From Candidatus Staskawiczbacteria bacterium (GTDB lineage: Bacteria; Patescibacteriota; Minisyncoccia; Minisyncoccales; Staskawiczbacteraceae), in NCBI GenBank assembly GCA_903835075.1, contig CAILLM010000003.1, positions 1,002 to 65,001 on the forward strand: a stretch of DNA of 64,000 nucleotides. Reading direction: 5' to 3'. Each line of letters begins with the position of its first letter. The first letter of the stretch is position 1. The position numbers and the translations under genes are program-made. The notes under the pieces are model-generated. The model was not told where the DNA came from and searched no databases. It saw only the letters and a program-made list of their open reading frames with translations. This document shows positions 58,729 to 64,000 of the stretch, in pieces.

Positions 58729-59409
58729 TTATCCGTAATATTTTTCTAAATAAAATTTAATAAGTTGTTCAATTTCTGGAATTGCCTCGGGGTCACCAAC
58801 GCCAACTTTTAATTTCTTTTGAACGTCTAATAAAGTTCGTGCTCCTTCTAAAACTGCATCTTCAATGTCATGATCTGTAATGTTTAATCTTTTATCTATA
58901 ACTTTATGCCCCAAAACAATAATTTTTTCGTGTTGCCCCTTGCTTCTAAAATAATTATTAGCAGCTTGCATAAATGCTTTGTCGCACAATACAGAACAAT
59001 GCACTTTTCTAACAGGCAAACCGCCAAGTCGGCTCATTATGTCTTGCGGTTTAATTTTTAGAGCTTGGTCAACTGTCATTCCCCCTTTTTCTGTTACCAT
59101 AACTGAAAACATAGAAGTTGCCGCAATTGCAGAAGCACAACCAAAAGTTCTCCATTTTAGTTTTTTAATTTTGGGGTACCCTTTGGGTCCTTTGGGGTCA
59201 ACTTTGAACCAAATCTTCATTACGTCCCCACATTGAGGCGAGCCAACTTGTCCCTCTGCATCAAACTCACCCTTTTTAGGTAATTTTGCCAAAAAATTAT
59301 GCGGTTTAAAAAAATGGCTTTTAACTATATCCGAATAAATCCACCCCTCACCTGAGTGGGAGCTGGCAACATCTAATTTTTTAATTTTCTTTGTATTTTT
59401 TGTTTTCAT
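58729..59409 (-). CDS. IscU/NifU-type Fe-S scaffold with degenerate BFD-like C-terminal domain
   Basis: GSPQCGD, FGCASAIA, LP.RKVHCS; ATG 59409 preferred. Confidence 0.9.
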   Translation of the reverse strand: MKTKNTKKIKKLDVASSHSGEGWIYSDIVKSHFFKPHNFLAKLPKKGEFDAEGQVGSPQCGDVMKIWFKVDPKGPKGYPKIKKLKWRTFGCASAIAATSMFSVMVTEKGGMTVDQALKIKPQDIMSRLGGLPVRKVHCSVLCDKAFMQAANNYFRSKGQHEKIIVLGHKVIDKRLNITDHDIEDAVLEGARTLLDVQKKLKVGVGDPEAIPEIEQLIKFYLEKYYG

Positions 59410-59448
59410 AAATATTATTAATTTGTAATGAGGCAATAAATTTTTTGA

Positions 59449-59523
59449 AGCGAGGCAGTGAATTCGAAGCGTACCCTGCAGGCCCGCCCTGGGCGGGCCG
59501 AAGCCTGAGTGAGCCCGCGCTGG
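59449..59523 (+). repeat. Truncated GA-hairpin element, subfamily A (5' two-thirds)
   Basis: agcgaggcagtgaattcgaagcgtaccctgcaggcccgccctgggcgggccgaagcctgagtgagcccgcgctgg. Confidence 0.92.
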
Positions 59524-59524
59524 A

Positions 59525-60808
59525 TTAAACCCTTACATTTACTGGCGAAATTCTTCTTAAATCTGCTACAATTTTTGGTAAAACTTTCAAAACATAATCT
59601 AAATCTTTTTTTGTAGTACTTCTGCCCAAAGTGAAACGCAAATTACCGTTGGCATATTCATATGGCCTTGAAAGGGCTAAAATGACGTGTGAGGGCTCTA
59701 AACTTTGCGAGTCACATGCAGAGCCAGTTGAACAATAAATTCCATATTTATCAAGCCACAAAAGCATTGCCTCTCCTTCAATATCTAAAATAGAAATATT
59801 TATATTATTTGGTAATCGTTTTTGTGCGTGTCCGTTTAGAACAACCTTAGAAACTTTTTTGGAAACTTCTTTTATAAAATAATCTCGCAACTTGGCTTCT
59901 TTTGCAGATTCTTTTCCCGTTGCCTGAGAAATTTCTAAAGCCTTGGCCAAACCAATAATTCCCGAAATATTTTCTGTGCCACTGCGCTTGCCATTTTCTT
60001 GACCGCCCCCAAAAACTATTGGGTCAATTTTGGTACCAGCTTTAACATATAAGACTCCTGTGCCCTTAGGCCCATAAATTTTACTCCCATTTAAAGTTAA
60101 TAGGTCAACTCCTAATTTTTGAACATCTAAATCTAAATAGCCAGCTGCCTGGCAAGCGTCTGTATGAAAATAAATTGGGGTGCTTATATTTCTTTTGAAT
60201 CTATTTGCTCTTATTTCTTTAATAATTTTTCCTATTTCTTCTATTGGCTGAATGGTTCCAATTTCATTATTTGCATACATAATTGAAATCAAAACTGTTT
60301 CATCTGTTATTACTTTTTTAAAGTCTTCTAAAAGTAAAATTCCATCTTTATCAACTTTTGAAGAAGTCACCTTAAAACCCTCTTTTTCTAATTGCTCACA
60401 TGGGTACAAAACCGCATGATGTTCTATATTAGAAGTAATTATATGAGCCGATAAGGCCGAGCTAAATAAATTTTTGGAGGAGGGGTAATCGCCTTGAGGA
60501 CATTCCCCCGACGAGCAAAAATTTGATTTGGCGAGGCCGAGCGAACGCGCGCAGGCTCTCGCCACGCCTAAAATAGCTAAATTATCACTTTCTGTCCCAG
60601 AACCTGTAAAAATTATTTCTTCTGGTTTACAATTTAAAATTTGAGCTATTGATTTTCTAGCTTTTAAAATTGCTGTTTTTGATTCACGGCCTGCTGTGTG
60701 CAAAGATCCTGCATTACCATAAATTTTATTATAATAAGGCTCCATTGCTTTTAACACACGAGAATCTGTTGGAGTTGTAGATGCATTATCTAGGTAAATT
60801 TTATTCAT
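59525..60808 (-). CDS. iscS: Cysteine desulfurase (IscS/NifS type)
   Basis: YLDNASTT, FTGSGTESDN, IEHHAV, HTDACQ, SKIYGPKG, STGSAC. Confidence 0.95.
   Translation of the reverse strand: MNKIYLDNASTTPTDSRVLKAMEPYYNKIYGNAGSLHTAGRESKTAILKARKSIAQILNCKPEEIIFTGSGTESDNLAILGVARACARSLGLAKSNFCSSGECPQGDYPSSKNLFSSALSAHIITSNIEHHAVLYPCEQLEKEGFKVTSSKVDKDGILLLEDFKKVITDETVLISIMYANNEIGTIQPIEEIGKIIKEIRANRFKRNISTPIYFHTDACQAAGYLDLDVQKLGVDLLTLNGSKIYGPKGTGVLYVKAGTKIDPIVFGGGQENGKRSGTENISGIIGLAKALEISQATGKESAKEAKLRDYFIKEVSKKVSKVVLNGHAQKRLPNNINISILDIEGEAMLLWLDKYGIYCSTGSACDSQSLEPSHVILALSRPYEYANGNLRFTLGRSTTKKDLDYVLKVLPKIVADLRRISPVNVRV
60454..60544 (+). repeat. Hairpin element in-frame in iscS
   Basis: gctaaataaatttttg...caaaaatttgatttggc stem ending gccgagcga; about 30 extra aa before HIITS. 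Confidence 0.75.
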
Positions 60809-61212
60809 TTTGTTAAACTTGCCAAAGTTATTGAATATAAAGTTTTTGATAAAGATTGCCCTACCTTATCCCAAACATTTTTTGACACACATTTTTTAGC
60901 CTTACTACATAGCACACAATTAACAGGATTTATCTTTCCGTCTATGGTTTCCACTATAATTCCTGCGGTAATTAGTTTCGATGATTTTGCCAAATAATAA
61001 CCACCATTAGCGCCGTGTATGGATGAAACTAACCCTGCTTTCTCTAAACAGCTAAAAATTTTACTTAAAAATTCAAAAGGCACTTCTTCAATATTCGAAA
61101 TTTGTCTTATAGAAACAGCCTTTTTACCGTGCCTACCGGCAGGCAGTCTTTTATTACGGGCGAGATGCACCATTGCAGTAAGTCCATATTCGGCTTTTTT
61201 TGATATTTTCAT
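60805..61212 (-). CDS. Rrf2-family regulator, IscR-like
   Basis: YGL.AM..LA, FL.KI...L.KAGLV.S..G..GGY.LA, C..C.....C. Confidence 0.92.
   Translation of the reverse strand: MKISKKAEYGLTAMVHLARNKRLPAGRHGKKAVSIRQISNIEEVPFEFLSKIFSCLEKAGLVSSIHGANGGYYLAKSSKLITAGIIVETIDGKINPVNCVLCSKAKKCVSKNVWDKVGQSLSKTLYSITLASLTK
61127..61146. repeat. Palindrome in-frame in Rrf2 gene (LPAGRH)
   Basis: ccgtgcctaccggcaggcag. Confidence 0.85.
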
Positions 61213-61236
61213 ATTATTATTTTTGTATTATTATCC

Positions 61237-61296
61237 TCATAACCGACTAAATTAGTCGGTTATGATTAATATAACAAAATAAATACGCCCCGTCAA
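61237..61296 (-). promoter_or_regulatory. IscR type-1-like operator and promoter
   Basis: Palindrome tcataaccgactaa-a-ttagtcggttatga (61237-61265) just downstream of TTGACG-17 bp-TATATT. Confidence 0.85.
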
Positions 61297-61330
61297 GGGC
61301 GTACTTATGATAATAAATGTACCAAAAACT

Positions 61331-61792
61331 TTAACCTTCTAAAACCTTTAAATCATGATCCAATATTTTATCATCTTCCCCAAAAACAAAACTTGCTTCT
61401 ACTTTTTTCCCTTGCAAAACATGGGGCATCCAGTGAGCGTCATCTGGCCACATTTCTTGATATGGGATTTCGTTATGTGAAAACCATTTTGGCATCATTT
61501 CCTCAGATTCTGCTGGCTCACCAACCCATTCTTTAGCCACAAATAATGTGACTCCTTGATTCCACATTGGCTTATCTGCAAATTTAAAATCAAAAAATCC
61601 ATATTTTTCAATATTTTTCACATCAACACCAATTTCTTCTTTGGCTTCGCGAATTGCAGCATCAATGATTTTTTCTCCAAATTCAACTTTTCCACCCACC
61701 CCATTCCATTTACCAACACCAAACCCTCTTTTTTTCATAGCTAAAAGAATTTTATCATCTTTAACTAATAAACAAAGGGTTGCTTGTTTCAT
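61331..61792 (-). CDS. NUDIX hydrolase, 8-oxo-dGTPase (MTH1-like)
   Basis: KKRGFG.G.WNG.GGK...E....AA.RE..EE; SEEM.P.W; MWPDD. Confidence 0.9.
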   Translation of the reverse strand: MKQATLCLLVKDDKILLAMKKRGFGVGKWNGVGGKVEFGEKIIDAAIREAKEEIGVDVKNIEKYGFFDFKFADKPMWNQGVTLFVAKEWVGEPAESEEMMPKWFSHNEIPYQEMWPDDAHWMPHVLQGKKVEASFVFGEDDKILDHDLKVLEG

Positions 61793-61795
61793 AAA

Positions 61796-62038
61796 TTATT
61801 GGTTTATTTCAGTTGATTTTTCCTTAGCAAAATAAAAAATGTAAATTATTTTCAATATACCGATTGTGTTTAAAACTAACAAAGCTATAAACCATGACTT
61901 ACTACCATTCTTAGCAGCTTTCCACAAAGCAATTCCCTTCCAAATTATCACCCAGACTACCAATAGTATAATACCCATCATGAATTTTGGATCTTCCAAC
62001 TGCTTTACAAAAATTGTTAGTTGTTGTTCTTGTGTCAT
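61796..62038 (-). CDS. Small membrane protein (DUF5652-like)
   Basis: WKGIALWKAA...WF..LL.LNT.GIL. Confidence 0.8.
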   Translation of the reverse strand: MTQEQQLTIFVKQLEDPKFMMGIILLVVWVIIWKGIALWKAAKNGSKSWFIALLVLNTIGILKIIYIFYFAKEKSTEINQ

Positions 62039-62062
62039 ATATGTTAATAGCTTAGCGAATAT

Positions 62063-62560
62063 TTACCGATATTTATTTATTTCATATCCTGCAATCCCAA
62101 AGGATACCGAAACGTTTAACGACTCTTTTTGCCCCGACATTGGCAAAAATATTATTTTATCTGATTTTTTTAATATTGCTCTAGAAACGCCCTTAACTTC
62201 ATTTCCTAAAATTAATGCCAAGGGAAATTTAGGCTTTAACTTTAAATAATTTATAGCTTTCTTACCCGCCTGCCGAGCTGGCAGATCTTGCTCCAATGCT
62301 ACTATATTTATTTTACTCCTTTTTAATTTGTCTATCAACTTGTTGATGTTTTTACAATGCTCAAAAGAAACTGTTTTTTCAGCACCTAAAGCTGTTTTAG
62401 CTATTTTTTTGTGAAGCCCTTCTTCCCAAGTTGGCACCTGCCCAGTTATTCCACACAAAAAAATTTTAGTTACACCAAGAGCATCGGAAGTTCTAAAAAT
62501 AGAACCCACATTTTCTAAACTTCTAATATTGTCACAAATCACATAAAATTCCTTTTCCAT
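62063..62560 (-). CDS. TrmH/SpoU family RNA methyltransferase
   Basis: NVGSIFRT, GNE..G, ESLNVS. Confidence 0.93.
   Translation of the reverse strand: MEKEFYVICDNIRSLENVGSIFRTSDALGVTKIFLCGITGQVPTWEEGLHKKIAKTALGAEKTVSFEHCKNINKLIDKLKRSKINIVALEQDLPARQAGKKAINYLKLKPKFPLALILGNEVKGVSRAILKKSDKIIFLPMSGQKESLNVSVSFGIAGYEINKYR
62265..62285. repeat. Palindrome in-frame (LPARQAG)
   Basis: cccgcctgccgagctggcaga. Confidence 0.7.
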
Positions 62561-62619
62561 TACTCAATATTATACTTTTAGCACTAAAAAACAACCCTTA
62601 GGGCTGTTTTAAAATAAAA

Positions 62620-63249
62620 CTATTTTTCAGAGAAGCGTTTTTCTACTTCTGGCCAATTTACAACATTCCACCAAGCTTTTAAGTAATCTGCTCGGACATT
62701 TTTGTATTGCAAGTAATAGGCGTGTTCCCAAACATCGTTAGCTAAAATTGGAGTTTTTCCATTACTAATTGGATTTTCTTGGTTGGCTGTTGAAATAATT
62801 TCTAATTTACCTGAAGCATCTTTAACTAGCCACACCCAACCCGAACCAAACCTTTTCAACCCTTCGTCATTAAACTTTTGCTGAAATTCTGCAAAGCTTC
62901 CAAATTGATTTTTTATTTCTTCTGCTAATTTACCAGATGGCTCTCCTGCCTGCGCAGGCAGGCCTCCGGCGCTTGGTGACATTATTTCCCAAAACATTGA
63001 ATGGTTAACGTGCCCACCAGCATTATTTATAACTGCTGTACGAATATCTTCTGGGATGCTTTCTAAATTAATCAATAATTCTTCTGCGGTTCTTTCAAAT
63101 AATTCTGGATTTTTTTCAATAACTGCATTTAAGTTATTAACATATGTTGCATGATGCTTATCATGATGCAGCTTCATTATTTCTTCTGAAATATAAGGTT
63201 CTAAAGCATCATATGCATATGGCAATGCTGGTAATATATATTTTTCCAT
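62620..63249 (-). CDS. Fe/Mn superoxide dismutase
   Basis: [35 protein letters not shown]. Confidence 0.97.
   Translation of the reverse strand: MEKYILPALPYAYDALEPYISEEIMKLHHDKHHATYVNNLNAVIEKNPELFERTAEELLINLESIPEDIRTAVINNAGGHVNHSMFWEIMSPSAGGLPAQAGEPSGKLAEEIKNQFGSFAEFQQKFNDEGLKRFGSGWVWLVKDASGKLEIISTANQENPISNGKTPILANDVWEHAYYLQYKNVRADYLKAWWNVVNWPEVEKRFSEK
62945..62962. repeat. 18-bp palindrome in-frame in SOD (LPAQAG)
   Basis: cctgcctgcgcaggcagg. Confidence 0.9.
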
Positions 63250-63260
63250 AAGTTTATTTT

Positions 63261-63431
63261 TTAACCCTCATCTACTCGCGAACATACTGGGCAATGAGCC
63301 AATAAATGACCTGCCATTTTTTCTTTTTTATCTTCACTAATTTTTGAGTTGCTAAGCCAAATTTCAAACTCGGCCGCACACTTGCCACATTGTTGACTTT
63401 CTACTTTATTTTTTTGTGTTGCTTTTTTCAT
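63261..63431 (-). CDS. 56-aa double-CxxC small protein (not in ORF track)
   Basis: [56 protein letters not shown]. Confidence 0.7.
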   Translation of the reverse strand: MKKATQKNKVESQQCGKCAAEFEIWLSNSKISEDKKEKMAGHLLAHCPVCSRVDEG

Positions 63432-63493
63432 AAGTTTACGTAGCGTAGCGATATATTATTTTTTATTAACTGAGCTACACAAATTACTACGTA

Positions 63494-63778
63494 CTAACAA
63501 CAGTCTTTAGGTGCTGTGAATTCCACTCTTTCTTCAAACTCCTGCTTTTTGCCCTTATGCCATTGCTGAACAGGCCTAATGTAACCAACAACCCTAGAAT
63601 AAACCTCACAAGGCTGATAATTTGTTAATGCAGGATTCGTTGCGTAGCAATCATTACACTTTAAAATATTTATTTTTTCGCCAGCATTATCATATGCAAG
63701 ACAAACACCCCCTTGAATTTCCTCATTACTAACTGCTAATTCTCTGCCACAGTCATGACATTTATTTTCTTGATTCAT
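63494..63778 (-). CDS. Small protein ending in an NrdD C-terminal glycyl-radical-like motif
   Basis: CHDC...CNDC, CEVYSRVVGYIRPVQQW..GK..EF..R; ATG 63778 preferred. Confidence 0.8.
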   Translation of the reverse strand: MNQENKCHDCGRELAVSNEEIQGGVCLAYDNAGEKINILKCNDCYATNPALTNYQPCEVYSRVVGYIRPVQQWHKGKKQEFEERVEFTAPKDCC

Positions 63779-63794
63779 TTTTTTTATCACAAAA

Positions 63795-64000
63795 TTATTT
63801 TTTACAGGATCCACAGATGCCATAAAAATTTATTTTATAATGATTAATTTTACCTACTTTTGTTTTTCTATTTTTTAAAATTCCACATTTTGAACATTCA
63901 TCATAAATATCATAAACATTCTGGCATTCTTCACAAATAAAATGAGCATGATCTGAAATGTCAGCATCAAAATGCACTGTATCTTTAGTATCAATTGAAA
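63795..64000 (-). CDS. Fur/PerR-family regulator, C-terminal part (runs off window)
   Basis: FD....HAHFICEEC...YGICGSC. Confidence 0.88.
   Translation of the reverse strand, partial: SIDTKDTVHFDADISDHAHFICEECQNVYDIYDECSKCGILKNRKTKVGKINHYKINFYGICGSCKK

Noticed and set aside
59173..59198. Possible in-frame palindrome in the scaffold gene (PKGPKGYP)
   Set aside because: Weak pairing and no second copy in the window; cannot be supported without orthologues.

Overview
AT-rich bacterial chromosome segment, almost certainly Patescibacteria/CPR (Parcubacteria-like; inferred from no L30 gene between rpsE and rplO, a C-terminally short AlaRS, SD-less A/T-rich gene starts and PaaX/Cas2-like orphan genes). 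Nearly all genes are on the minus strand. 1-28.4 kb is the str-S10-spc-alpha ribosomal supercluster, interrupted by accessory genes (alaS, tpiA, surface proteins) and by an insertion between fusA and tuf. 29-46 kb holds rpmB, tRNA-Pro(GGG), a PEP-CTERM protein and a five-gene cluster of modular surface proteins (two of them giant), preceded by a 6S-RNA-like transcript. 46-64 kb holds ComEC-like, SDR and pilin genes, a CsoR copper operon, an IscR-IscS-IscU-MnmA operon, SOD and a Fur/PerR fragment. Three patterns go beyond the gene list. (1) Two PaaX/Cas2-like genes are each bracketed by their own palindromic direct repeat with near-identical geometry (repeat spacing 602 and 600 bp), suggesting a minimal self-targeting cassette. 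(2) A 12-copy family of nested, covarying hairpin elements bounded by GCGAGG...CCGAGCG fills operon spacers and sits in-frame in mnmA and iscS. (3) About a dozen 15-40 bp GC-rich micro-palindromes are inserted in-frame into conserved proteins, giving peptides such as LPAGRQ, SALGG and PSASSG.
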